Shown in pieces: positions 1 to 23,991 of a stretch of 64,000 nt of DNA; position 1 is the stretch's first letter, and each line of letters begins with the position of its first letter. The notes beneath the pieces are model-generated. The model did not search any database, was not told the origin of the DNA, and saw only the letters and a list, made by a program, of their open reading frames with translations. The position numbers were made by a program, and so were the translations under genes. The DNA is from Amoebidium appalachense (lineage: Eukaryota > Protista > Ichthyosporea), in contig CAVNZM010000014.1 in the NCBI GenBank assembly GCA_963693365.1, positions 1,550,001-1,614,000 on the forward strand, read 5' to 3'.

Positions 1-453
1 TGTGGCTTTTTTGAATACGGCCCATTTTTTGTGTGCGAGGATTGACATGAGGGTGCTGTGCACGAGGTCAAGACGCTCCTCGTTGCTCCTGTGTGCACTG
101 GGGTTGGTGCAAGTTAGCAACTGTTAACGTTAGCGTGGTTATGTTTCAACACGGATATATTTGGGCTTGTGCAGTCTAAACGTTTCTAATGTTGTACAAA
201 AAAGGTTTAGTTATGTTCATAGAGCACGTTTTGATGACTTCGAGACCTTTCCACACCAGTCTGCAGAAAACAGTTCAAGTTTTAAAACTAACAAACTTCA
301 GTTCCAATTGTTAACGTTATTGTGTGACTTATGATATGCTATACTATGGCATCATACACACACTACTGCCAGCTGCGAAAAACTAACCCACGCACCAGCA
401 CCGCCTGAACAATGCATGAACCACCACCTGCGTTTCTACTAACGGAAAAAGTT

Positions 454-1330
454 TCAAAGACACACACGTGCACATATGCAACCACTCTCTTTTTCACTTA
501 TTATAGTCCAGTGCTTACCTCTCAGTCCAGTCGCAGAATTCAGCTGCCGTGCGTGGAAACACCACGTCCTTCTTCGCGCCAGCAACCTCTTGTTTCGTAG
601 TGGGTTAAACTTGGAGTCTGGTGCTTTCATCTTGAGCAGTGGTGAATACCTCTTGATTGCCACCTTGTTGTGCCTGTTGGTCGTGTAGGGGGCAGGGGCC
701 CTCGCGCGACGCTGGTCTTGTGCAGAAAACACTGTTGTGGTGGTGTTGCAAGTTGACCTCCATGCGAGTGCCCATGAGTGGTGTTTGTGTGATGCTTGGG
801 CTCTGCACAGTGGACCACGTGTATTCAGAGTGTGTGGGGGTTTGGGCGGCTTGACGTTTCCACGACATCGTTGCAGGACTCGTGGTGCTGGTGTTGGCCA
901 TGGGGCTGGGAGCGCTCATCATCGGACTCATGAGGGATGCATGTCATCATGGGATGAGTGATGTCTGAGAGAATCACGTTTAGAATGGCCATGCTCGGTG
1001 TTGAATGAAGGTTTATTTTTGCCTGGGCAGCTCTCTGTGTTGTGTACGGGCTGAAGCGGGGGCGTGGTCGGTTGACCGTGTGGGTGGTGGGCATGGTAAG
1101 ACGATGGTTGCGGTAGGCATCAGTACAAAATCAGTACAAAGAGGCTGTACATGTGTGTTCATGTTGTGCATGCTGGTCATCTGGCTAGACATGAGCTGCT
1201 GGTCAGAAGTGTAGGCCGCGTCTGTTGTGAAATATTGTGTGAAATAGGAAGAGGCAGTGGTGTAGCGAGAGTCCATGAAGGCAAGAACCCCATCGACAAT
1301 ACTCTCAATCTCTTGCATGTGGCACGCCAT
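454..1330 (-). pseudogene. Frameshifted, intronless low-complexity gene remnant of unknown family, with two Arg-rich ...PY motifs
   Basis: ATG at 1330 lies in an AAAAATG context like the other starts in this window. An 11-bp tandem duplication (atcagtacaaa x2, about 1119-1140) shifts the frame; removing it joins ORF 1013..1330 to ORF 825..1094 (RPRPRFSPYTTQR). Further frame switches lead to ORFs 605..931 and 454..732 (RRARAPAPYTTNR). No domain recognised. Confidence 0.35.
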
Positions 1331-2536
1331 TTTTCACCAATTTCGACGGAAAATGGCCACGATGGCTAGTTGTTATTGCGTAGAATGAACCCGCACAGGC
1401 ATGCAAGTTCGTGTTTTTTGTACCCTCTGCTTTTTTTGAACACAGTTGTAAGACGTTTGAACGAGAATGAGAAAGAAAGTGTTTCGGTTTCAGTGGCTTC
1501 TGAAACTGTTCAAAATTTTAAAGGAAATTTCGGGTCACCAGCGACTCGTCTGAAGTTCAAGTAGGGCCCGGGCCTCTTGGCCCTATTGAGCGAAGTAACA
1601 CTTTACAAATGGTTACGTAATACATAGCGGCATAACAAAATGGTTAGAAACATGCCTCTAAATCTGTTATGAACTAGTATTGTAATATTTATAATATAAA
1701 ATATATTTTACTTTGTGGCCTGACAATAATTTTTTTATCAAATAATAGGAATATTTTTCGCTGTCTGGTGGAACGTCTGCGAAGTGAAGCCTTCAAATAG
1801 ACCTGAACAGCCATTTACCCTCCTCTTGGCCTTCCGACATCTATTTTTAGATTCCTGTTTTTAGCATGCTCTGACTCTCTCTCCGCACTACAATTACACA
1901 CTGCCGCCCTAACTAAGTGTCGATTATAAACAATGTTTTATAAACAATGTTTTATATTTATCGATGTTCACTAGCATTTAATGAGGTACAATGCACCTCT
2001 ATATAGTGCACCTAACCCGTGGTACGCCTATGCACGCTCAAGCTTTATCATTAATTTAACTAATTAGGCTGGGTAACAGTCCCAACCCCGGCATTCCCCA
2101 TCACCATGTCCGATTTGATAATGCAGGACATAACATGAGCCCTCGTCCAGCCCCTTTCAGACTATGACTATGCCCTGTTGGGTTCTGTTGCTGTCGCTGC
2201 TGTTGTCGTGACTCTCTGGCCAGTTTGTTGCAAATAGAGACGGGCCTAGCAAGAAACCAAGAAAATGCGCAGAAGGTTAGCCCCCCCCCCCCCCCCCCCC
2301 CTCCTCCCCCCCCTCCCCCCCCCCCCCCCCCCACACACACACACAAACTCCATCCCCTTCCACTGTGGCAACCCGGCCTCCCCCCCCCCCCCCCTCCCCC
2401 CTTCCCGGAGCCCTCTCCTCAGTGGCCATCTCTTCCTTCATCACACATGTGCATACACACACATCGTGGTTCTTGCTGGATCTTACGGCGCAAGTATTTC
2501 ACACGTTAGAATCCCCATCCCCCGAAATTTGAAGCC

Positions 2537-2571
<35 letters not shown>

Positions 2572-3368
2572 ACATACACACACAAATTTCACCTCTAACA
2601 CCCCCCCGTGTGCGACCTCAAGCCCTTAATATGGAAAATATACCAATAAATATTTCCCCTCCAATTGTATCTCACTTTTGCACAATTGCAACCACACACA
2701 CGGAAGGTCCTCCTCTTAGAAGCAATGGAGATTCGGGCCTCCCCCCCCCCCCCCCCCCCCCCCCCCTCCCCCCACTCCCCTCTCACCCCCTCCCCCCTCC
2801 CCCCCCCCCTTCCTTTCCACCCTGGATTCCACCTCCCACATTCCAAGTTTCCCTCCTTCCTCCCTCCCCCCCTCCCCCCTTCTCTGCCCGGTTTTCCTCC
2901 CCGCCTTCTCTTCTTTTGTAGACACACGGCTTACGTCAGGGTGCCACATGTGTTCCTTTTTTGTTCCCGCACGAATACGCTTGCACTTAAGCAGCACACA
3001 CGTTTCTGCCTTGCACCACCACATATCATGATATTCCACAACCACACCTGTCTACTATGTACGGCTCACATTTTGATGGGGATTCGTTTCGGCTGACATT
3101 ATTCTCCATCAGGGTTTAGGACATACCAGATTCTCACCAACTATTTTTTTCTTGTAAAACCTAGAGCTTTGTTTGCCGGTGCTAATTAGCTTAGATTCAC
3201 CTTCAACTCTTGAAAATGGAATAAATTTCGTCTAATTTAAGTGTGTTTGTTACACCGGTTCAACATTAGCTGAAGTCGCTCACTATTTTTTGGCATTAGG
3301 CTACCAAATCTCTCGCAACCTCCTCAAGTCGTTTCAACAGTCCGATGTAGCCAGCCCCCCCCCTCCCC

Positions 3369-3399
<31 letters not shown>

Positions 3400-3691
3400 A
3401 AAAAACTTATATTGGAATAAATAAATAAATAAATAAATAATAAACTTTGGCACATGCCAGAAAACGAAAATAAAGCCCGAGGTCTCCATCGTAAACACGA
3501 TGTGCACTGTATATCATTTAGTAACGTTGTGCATTGCGTAAATAATTAAATCGATTCGTTTGTGCATAAGTACTTGAATGTTGTTGTACATGCTCTGAGA
3601 TCAACTACTACACGTCATTCTTGAAGTGTTTGTAATATCATGTTTGTATCACCACAATCAAACTCGCAAGTGCACACGTGCGCGCGCACAC

Positions 3692-3843
<152 letters not shown>

Positions 3844-3967
3844 CATCATGTGACACACACACACAAACACACACCATTTACTCACACCCGGAACACCGTC
3901 AACATATGACTCCCGAACGGAGGTAAAGATAGGAGGGGTGGTTCCCGACGGAGGTCACGGCCGTGTG

Positions 3968-4007
<40 letters not shown>

Positions 4008-4016
4008 TGGAAGGGT

Positions 4017-4062
<46 letters not shown>

Positions 4063-4349
4063 TATGTAATGATACGTTTGTATATATGGCCATCTGACAA
4101 TTTGACCTTTCTTCTTTTTCGTGTTTTCCAAACTTCATTTGACACAGGCAGTACAGCTATTGCCGGCGCCATATCAACACTTATAACATGCATACCGTGA
4201 CACGCACATGCTCGAGCACGCAAACACACGCGCACAGGCACACGCAGGCGCAGACCACACGAACATGCACACGCCATGACACCCAAACGCACACACGCAC
4301 GGGCACACTCACTGACAGACGCACGCACGCACACATGTAAACTCCCCCC

Positions 4350-4383
<34 letters not shown>

Positions 4384-5213
4384 AAACACACAGCTGTCAG
4401 CCACAGAACGCACGTGCCGACGCACACGTACACACACACACACAGTACACAACACCACCAACATACCTCACAAAGGCACCAAACCGGTGCACTGCAAATA
4501 AGGGGAATAGTATTCGGTACACACTCTGTTCAAGTGCGGGAGTAAACTGAATTCGCAAGTGTGTGCGATTTCATATGCATACACATGACATGTGCAAAAC
4601 TCTAACATGATTTTATTTTCTTGCTGTTTACTGCTCTATTTTCTTCCCATGTCTTTATACGTATCATGGTTGTAGACGTACAATCAGACAATTAGACTAT
4701 TGCTAGGTAAAACCAAAGGACATACATAATGCCAGTGTGCCTACTAAATATATCTCCTCGAATATACTAATTCTCACCTACTGCGAAACGATTATACATA
4801 TATTACATGCATCCGACGCTCTTCTTAAAACAACCACATCTACCCACGGTCGATATTTTCATAGCATCGCTATGGTTACCGCCATATAAGTATCGGTACC
4901 TTAAAAATCTGTTCTCGGGAATATGTACTATCCGTTACCTATTATCCATAACGTTACTTTTACAGTTACATAACTAATCATTTATGCCCTTGACAGAGCC
5001 GTCTTACTTAAGGGCCTTTTCTGTCCCTAAAATTTAAGTTCTACATGTCTTAGAATAAAAATCTCTTGAAAAAAGTCACTCGTATTTGGTCCAAACAGTG
5101 TAACCCGGCACCTGATCGACACTGGCATGTATGTATTTCCGTAAATTTATTTCAGAAAAACATGTTCTGCATTAGAACTGCGAGATGTGTCGATATAACC
5201 AGATGCCGGGTTA

Positions 5214-6394
5214 TCAGAAAAAATCATGCGAATCGGCTGCGGATCTCGCCACTTGCGCTTTCGCTACGGGAGGGGCCTGTGCAGGAGCACTAGCGGGTTG
5301 TGCTGGTGGTTGATTTTGATTGGCTATCGGGTTTGCGGGGACAACATTCTGATTGGTGGCTGGGCCCGGCTGTTGCGCAACGGCAGTAGGCTGGGGGGGT
5401 TGCACTGTGGTGGTGGGGGGTGCGGGGGGAACACATCTAGAACAATCCGTCCACATAGTCGAATTCCATTGGGCGGGAACGTAAACTTGCGCGGAGAAAG
5501 CGGCGGCCTGTCGGCACATTTGGCAGAAGGTTGCACCCCCGTCCGGAACCCACAAAAGAGACTCATCAACCTCAAAATCATCCTCCGTATAATTGCAAGT
5601 TGGAGGGACAACGACCCCCCCTGTACTTGTACCAGGTCCCGGGATAAATCCCCCCCCGCGGCCACCTGCCAATGAAAGACCTGGGATATTGCTCTGGGGG
5701 GTGGCCGGCGCTGGAACAGGGGCAGGTGCTGGTACGGGGGCCGGGGCTGGCTGAGCGGATATTTGTGGTTGGACGGCTGGTTGGGGGTTTCCAAATGTAA
5801 TTTGTCGCCGGGTTCGAATTGCTGGAGAAGGGGGGGTTTGGGGGGTCGGAGGTGTTTGGGGGACGGGTGGCTGGGGTGCGGCAGGCGAGGCGGGTGCTGG
5901 AACCGGTTGTTGTGGTTGTTGTGGTTGCTGGGGTGCCTGGGGTTGCTGTGGTGTCTGGGGGGTTGGGGTGGTTTTGGAAGACGAATTCTGCTGTGCGCAT
6001 GCATTCACCAACTGAATGGTTCGGTATTTCGCGCCCAGATTTTCGTTTTTGTACGCGCTGGAAGATGTGGTGTACTGGTGGACGAAAATGGGTTTTTTGG
6101 CGGCAACGAAAGGGGCCATCAATGTCTTGTAGTATTCGTTGAATTCGATCTCTTCCAAAACGGAGAAGTCGAAAAAGGGAGCGAGAACCTGCGGGTGATA
6201 TTTGTCAGCCATAAGCGGAATGGTCAAGGGGGATGATGGTGGAAGGGCAATGGATTTGTATTTAGGCTGGAGCAGTATACCGACATGATCATCAAACACG
6301 AGAAATGACGTTATAATCCCGTAAAAATGTTCAACAAAGGGCGGGAGATCGAACACTTGTCATGTTCTTAGCTCTATAAACACCTCTGCAACAT

Positions 6395-6452
<58 letters not shown>

Positions 6453-8207
6453 ATCCACCCACCCGCACACACATTCTCGTGTGTGACCATACACAGACAC
6501 GCATGCCGCACACACCGTCCTATCATGCCCACATCCACACACACACACCACTAAAGCTAGTTACAAATAGAGACAACCCCACGAAAACACAAAACGAATA
6601 TGGGAATTCTCACCTGTGCCTGCCGTAGATCATTTTTCAGTGCAATAGCCATTCCATTGGAGTGCGCATAGTACGCCAACCACATGTTGTATCCCAACTG
6701 AAACGTGTACATGTCCTGCGTGGCCGGATCGCTCTCGTTGAAGATTGATTGGTTGGCAACGCACGAGTTGTTTGTGACAATCGTGACATTCCTAACTTGA
6801 TATGTAGATGGATAAGCCTGCCAGCAATCCACGTTATCTGGTTCTACAATGTCACATCCACGTTTCTTTGCGTAGTCCAGGCGGTTTGCCATCAGGGGAA
6901 ATAGTTTGTCTTGCTTGCGGATATCCAACCATACTTCGTCGTCCCAGGTGGTCATTGGATTTCCAAACACCTGCACCAAAGAATGAATGAGATATTTGCC
7001 TCAAAAACCAAGCACCATATAAAGATAACGGTGCTTATCCGGACAATGCGGAATAAATGAGCAAAATCCAAGTGTGTATAACATGCAAGGGCACCAGATT
7101 AATGATATCTTCAGCTAATTGTAGTTATCCCTCCCCCCTTGTTTTCTGCCACCATAACGTTTTATTCATTTGGACGAATATTTAACACACCCGCACAAAC
7201 ACACACACGCGCGCGCATGCATGCGCATACACATAAACTCCCCCAACACCTTTCTCCCCCTCCCCTCTCCGGATCCCCCAAACCACCCCCCCCCCCCCCC
7301 CCCCCCCCTCACACACACACCCGTGCAACTTTGGAAGAACTAGCGGGCATTCTCCCCCCCCCCCCCCCCCCTCCCCCTGTGTACCCCTTCCTCCCCCCCG
7401 TCTCCTTGTGATACTCCCCCCCCCCCCCCCCCCCCCCCCCACCCTCTTCCTTTCCCCCTCAAACACCCCTCCATTCCCACCAAAACCTTCACTCAGTCTG
7501 CAGGTACCCAGAGTGCATACCTGTTTCCACGCATCCAGGTTCTGTTGCACATCATCACGCCATAGCTCTGCGCTTCCTGCTGAAAAGTAGCAAGACACCA
7601 ACTTGTTGTTGCTCTTAAGAAGCGCGAACTCTTCATCGCTAGCGTCAAATAAGTCAAGGTTGACGATATCCGAATTTGCAATGGTGACACTGTTCAGAGG
7701 GTATTTCTGGCACATGTTCGCATTGTCGTAGTAGGACGGGCACCACGCCTTATTCATCCAGGTCATGTTTTGTGTGATCACAGGCCAAGGGGGTTTTACA
7801 ACCGGTACAGTGGCATTGGCTGTTCCGTTAACGGCGTTGGGTGCTGTTCCGTTTGTAGCTGGTATTTGTGGACTGGGTGGGTTTGGTTGTGGCGTAATGG
7901 GAGTGGTTGGGTTTGGCTGAGGCTGTGGTGGTGGTTGCGGTGTGGGGGGAGGAGCTACGACAGGTGGTGGAGGTGGGGGAGGTGGTGATGGTTGTGGTGA
8001 TGGTGATGGTGGTTGCGGCTGGGGGCCACCAAAGGAACTCTGAAGAACGTCCTGAAAAGCTTTATTCGCTTGGCGTCTACTTAGTGCGTGATCAGCATCA
8101 GTTTCTGAAAGTTCGGAAATAGGGGCCCCTTGTGCAGGGATTGGAACACTGTGACTGCTAGCTGCAAGAGTAGATATAACAAGCGCTAAACTCTTGTTAA
8201 CGCCCAT
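5214..8207 (-). CDS. Secreted glycoside hydrolase family 114 (endo-alpha-1,4-polygalactosaminidase, Ega3-like) with Pro/Gln-rich N- and C-terminal extensions
   Basis: Exons 8207-7521, 6970-6614 and 6188-5214, both introns phase 0 and GT-AG. Signal peptide MGVNKSLALVISTLAASSHS. GH114 motifs DLFDAS, VSCYFSAGSAELWRDD, WDDEVWLDIR, RLDYAKKRGCDIVEPDNVD, QLGYNMWLAYYAHSNGMAIALKNDL and FDFSVLEE..PFVAAKKPIFVHQY. Confidence 0.9.
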
Positions 8208-8521
8208 TTTTTTGGCCTAAGTCTATGCACAAGGTGCACACCTTTTTGTGTTGGTTTGTGTTCATAAGAGTAGATTGACGAGTCAATCTCGTTTGTACAT
8301 GAAAGTTTGAAAACATGCAAGAGCGGTCCTACGTCAAAGTGAAGTGCTGAAAAGCGAATCGCATAAAAAACATGAGAAGGCGATTTCAAACGAAGTGAGA
8401 GGTTTATAGAGTGTGAGTGTTTGTGGCAAAGGGCAGAGAATTGTCTGGAATATTCAAATGTGAAGAAAGAGAATTGGTGGTTCATTTGTTTATTTATGTC
8501 ACGAATTTAGCCAGCTTAGGG

Positions 8522-8533
8522 CCTTTATATAGC
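8522..8533 (-). promoter_or_regulatory. Candidate TATA box of the GH114 gene
   Basis: Minus-strand GCTATATAAAGG about 320 nt upstream of the ATG at 8207. Motif match only. Confidence 0.3.
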
Positions 8534-9926
8534 TACCTCGGGCGCTCAAATGTCTTTGTGATCGACCCCCATGGGCAAGTTCATTCGAGATTATACTGTA
8601 GGCAATTTTTATTAGTTCAATAACATATCACTTACAGAATATATACATCAATTTTTTATCTTGAAAATTTGGAAAATATTCTTATTATCATAATCAAAGA
8701 ACAAAATGAGCAAAAACCTCAGTATATTAGGTACTTATTGAGTTAAGCCTTTAGGTATGTGTTTCGCAAAGAGAAAAGTTTCTTCCTTTAGCGGAGAACC
8801 CCCGCTCGAGGTGATAAGCGGGGGGTAGACCCATATGCCTTCAACTGCAAAGAATAGTCCAGTGATAACACTTACAGGTAACATATAACACCAAACCTTA
8901 TCCGTGAATTATCTATATATCTCATACACGTACAGAAAACATATAATACGCTGCATAATACCAGTCTTCAAATCTACATGTAAACACGTGGGATGGCGAA
9001 CGATCACTATTTTGCACTCGTCAGCAAGATTTACCAAAGAATCCAATCAAATAAGCGCATAGCAGGGTCGTTCTTGTTCCCCCTAGACGTGAATTCTAAA
9101 GCACCGTAAGCCGTGGGCCGCGGGATTGTCATGTGAATTACACAAATAAATAAAGCAAGCATTGTCGGGGGAAGCCCACCGATAAAAGTAAAGTCGGGGG
9201 AAAAGACAGGGAAAAAAAGCGAACGAAGGATTTCGGAAATAGAGTCATTGGTTCTTTATTATCTACTATTTCACCAAGAATTGAAGGTGTCAGTTCAAGG
9301 TACATTCCAGGGATAAACTTTTGAGTTCTATTGGTTTCGATGAGGTGGGCAAATAATTTTTGGCCAGCCGAGAGCGCCGCCCGGGCCGGGCACACACGGT
9401 TCAGTACCGTCTGCCTGTGTGTGCACACGTGCATGGGGCAGGACTTGAAAGAGCACAGTCTTGGCGAGTCCTTGGGTCCTAAACTTCGAGTGATTTCCTG
9501 CGAGGTTTTTTTTATTAATCTCGCACAGTGGTGTCTTTGCGTGATTTCATTTGAATCCCGCGCCACATACATGTACCTATGGGTGCATGTAGACATGTAG
9601 ACACATGTGCGCACACGCACACACACGCACATGTCGTCGGCTCGGCGAACTCGATTCTAATTTTGGGCTACGTTTGAATGAAGACAGGAAGATCCCGAGG
9701 TGCTACCTGCAATGCCATATGACGCATGATACTCCTCGTGACATAACTCAATATTGTTGCCGGTCGAAGAAGAATCGGTTACAGTATGTGCAGGATTGTG
9801 ACGGTGCACGGTGCGTCGACTGGGTGTGTGTATCCTCTAGATAGATTTATTAGACTCAATCTTGCACGTGTTGCATGCAAGTGTTTGAAGTGTGTGAGTG
9901 AGCCTCGGTGTGTGTGTGGGTGTGAC

Positions 9927-9993
<67 letters not shown>

Positions 9994-10138
9994 TACTATG
10001 TTTGTAGGTGTGTGTGTGTGTGCCTGGTGTGTTACTGTGTGCACTTGAAGTGCACGTGTGTGCTTATTGTGCACGTGCACACACACGAAAAGTGTACACG
10101 CGCGTGTGAATGTGTGTGTCTTTGTGTGTGAGTGTGAC

Positions 10139-10181
<43 letters not shown>

Positions 10182-10219
10182 ATGTGGACAGGTGAATGCC
10201 ACCGAACCCTGGGGGGAAA

Positions 10220-10258
<39 letters not shown>

Positions 10259-10324
10259 CCCTCGAGGGGAGAATTTGAAAGTTGGGGCACCCACCCACTT
10301 TTAAACATGCGCGTGTGTGATTGT

Positions 10325-10365
<41 letters not shown>

Positions 10366-10438
10366 CGTGCATGTGTGTGTGTGTGGACAGGTGAATTAAA
10401 AATACCCGTGTGCCACCGAATTCGAACCCTGGGGGGAA

Positions 10439-10483
<45 letters not shown>

Positions 10484-10929
10484 CTCCCTCGAGGGGAGAA
10501 AGTTGGGGCACCTACTGTGTTGGACGGAATAGGATAATTCGATAAGTCAGACATTTTGATGACATCATTGAAGCAGCATGCGCAGAAAATTGTTTTATGG
10601 TCACGTGATATGATATCCCATGGCAAACTGCTGCCAGAGTTTGCTGTACCTCACATATACGCTCCAATCCACTACAAACATGAAAATCAGGAAAAAAGAA
10701 ATGGGGAGAAAAAAACTGGGGGGGGGGGGGGGGGGGGGGATGGAAAGGAAAATGAGAAGAGAAGATACGAAACCCTTTGGTAGGTACTCCTTACACACCA
10801 TGCAGACATGCACGTGCGCATGTACACCAGGGCATAGGGCTTCACTTCTACGGCAGCCAAGCAATATTAACTACGTAAATTCATCTATTCTGTAAATATC
10901 GTTGCGTAAATTGGAATCGTTGTATTCAT

Positions 10930-10989
10930 ACACTGCACCACAACACCAACAATTCCATCATACACTGCACCACAACACCAACAATTCCA
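10930..10989. repeat. Short tandem duplication, about 31 bp x2
   Basis: (c)atacactgcaccacaacaccaacaattcca occurs twice in direct tandem. Confidence 0.8.
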
Positions 10990-11342
10990 AATCACCGGCT
11001 TTCGGCCCCAGGCCTTAGCAAGCTCATATTTCCTTGCACGAAGAGTAGCAGTGCAGAAAAGTTGAAAAAATTTGAAAATGGAACCCCTGCATGCAAGTAA
11101 TAACAATACTAACCATATATAAAAAAGCATGCAACTGACCATATTTCCTGAACAGTTAGGCTCTTATAGATTTCTTGAAACACTTCATTCCCCCTCTTCG
11201 AAACCAGACTTGGAACATGAAACACTCTTTCTGACCACCCAGCTGCGGCACCGACTCTACAATACATTTGCGCTTGTGCGGGTGTACAAAAAAGAAGTAC
11301 ACAATGTTACCGTTGTTGCGTGTGGTAGAAGTAGAAGTGCAA

Positions 11343-15767
<4,425 letters not shown>

Positions 15768-15935
15768 GGTGGCTGGAGGGAGAAACATGAGATGAGCAAC
15801 AAAGGCAAAGAAGTAGCTAGTTCTGTGCAATTACTTTTATTGTTGGCGGTGGGAGGCCGATTATATTATACCCTTACTCCCAACCCCCTCAACAGTTGAG
15901 ATTACCCCCCCCTCCCCTCCCCACCTCCCCACCTC

Positions 15936-15977
<42 letters not shown>

Positions 15978-16174
15978 AGCACGTATCAAGTACCCTCCAG
16001 CCCCACCTCGGAAACCGAGGCACACACAATGAGAAACACCAAAATACTCATCCCTGCAGTTTGAAGATGGGCTGGGAGAGAAAGCTGTACACCGTACCAC
16101 GGCTGTACGTATGGTGGTGACAGAGAGGTGGGTGGGAATAAGGAAAATGGAGGGAGAGAGGGAGGGGGGGAAAG

Positions 16175-16211
<37 letters not shown>

Positions 16212-16248
16212 GGTGATGTTGGGTAAACAAACGTGTCTGTGTATGTGT

Positions 16249-16279
<31 letters not shown>

Positions 16280-17930
16280 GGGGGGGAGGGATAAGCAACA
16301 TAACATTCAAAGGAAGGTGGAATAAGGCAAAGCAACTAAAATTCCCTTCCAGGTGAATCTCAGCAGATCTGTCAGAAACGCCAGAAGGGTGTGTGTGTGT
16401 CAGAAGTGTGCCACGAATCTGGAGAGAATGCATTCCAAAATGTGTGATGTTAGTTATATTAGTGCCTCTACTCATACCTGAGACAGGAAAGATAAATACG
16501 AGTGAAGTTAGGCTGAGACCAAAATATGCTCTAAATTAGGGCTCGGAAACGCTGATGGTACAGTATAAGTGTCACCCAAGCCTGGAAAAAAAAACAATAG
16601 AAAAAAAAAAAACACGAGCCTTGCCAAAGTGAGCTGCCAAAGTGGTGCTTTGTTTTTGTTTTGCAGATGATGACGTATCGCACCACAGCGGATATATTTT
16701 TAAGTCCAGCCGGCTGTCTGAAAATGTTTGATTGTGTCAATACTATTTGGATAAATGCATCTTATTATATAGAAACAGGATATGATGTTTCTTTGATTAA
16801 TAGATAGGAAATAATTTTTGTACGAAGTAGGCGCTCTGGCTTCTAGAAGCTGAGTCCCGCCATAAGAACTTCAGTGATAAGAAGCAGCGCTTGACTATAC
16901 GGACCGTCAAAGTATATATGCCTTGTATGTGTGAATCATAAAACTACACAGAAAAATATATCATATATTGCCATTATATTGAGTATGTGCCCTGTTTTCC
17001 CAATTGCAAAGGTGCAGTCCGGCGCCGGCACGGGCCACCAAAACTTGAAGGCAAAATCCTCGAGGATTCGTGAGCGAGGGTGAAGCATCTAAACTGAAAA
17101 ATTAAATTACGTCGAATCTTTGGACACAAAGTTTGTGTCAATTTGCTGCAACTGTATTACTATAGAATCATATAGCTGTAGCTGTTTTCTTGTAATTTAT
17201 ACCATATGTTCTTGGTTTTTGCTTTCTATGGCCCATGTTTGACTAGATCAATCATTCCTTGGCAACGAGCCAGATTTGCTTGCTAGATTTCAAAAAAATT
17301 CGTTCCTAGTTGAAATTTAATTGAGAAACTTGCAGATCTTGGGGTCCAATCTATTCATTTGAGGTCAGATATCGATGGGCTATAGTTATGTGGCACACCG
17401 TGGCCCGCCATGGACTCCAGGTTGAGGCTTTTAACGCTTCAATAAATCAAGCACATGGATGATACAAGTTATAAAATGGATTAATATATGCAGCTGACCA
17501 TTATTCTTGTATCTAGCAAGACAGTGTAGAGTAAGTAGGTGTAGTAGGCCATGCATATACACAGTCACGGTCGTGACCATTTGTGTATTATGAACATCTA
17601 CTGCCATTGGCTGCTGAATTGTTGCAGGGTGACCGGTAGCCCCCTAGACCAAACAGCAAGGTAATTCAATCAAAATGTTATTTTACACTCTCTATAACAT
17701 AACTACATTTAAATTTGCTTTTTACATTTAGATTACTGTGTTTATATTTGATCACGGTCACGTTTATCCGGTTGATGGCCCTGCGCTGATGACGCTTTTC
17801 GTGGCGCCGTTGAATGACTTTCATGTGCTTGGCTCCAACACTTACAAATTTAGGGGCCTACTTTAGATAGGTGTTTGGAGTTATAACATGGAAGTAATCA
17901 CGCACTAGTTATTTTAGAAAAGAAGTTAAG

Positions 17931-23686
<5,756 letters not shown>

Positions 23687-23745
23687 TGGGTTTTTGTTTT
23701 TTAATTTTTTCTTGGGAGGTGAGGGAATGGAGGGAGGGGATGAGG

Positions 23746-23782
<37 letters not shown>

Positions 23783-23926
23783 TTGTTATTGTTGTTGTTG
23801 TGGCATGTCGGATTGCAACTTCGTTGTTCCTGATGTGATGTGATTACATGTAACGAGAGAAAGTAGCCAAATGCGGAGGGATGTGTAATCCTCCGGAAAT
23901 TATCATTGTATCTGTGTTATCCCTTT

Positions 23927-23957
<31 letters not shown>

Positions 23958-23960
23958 TTT

Positions 23961-23991
<31 letters not shown>

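Noticed and set aside
15768-16700. Iron-responsive element in the ferritin 5'UTR
   Set aside because: I found no CAGUGN-loop hairpin on the sense strand of the inferred 5'UTR exon. The TSS is unknown, so this is not conclusive.
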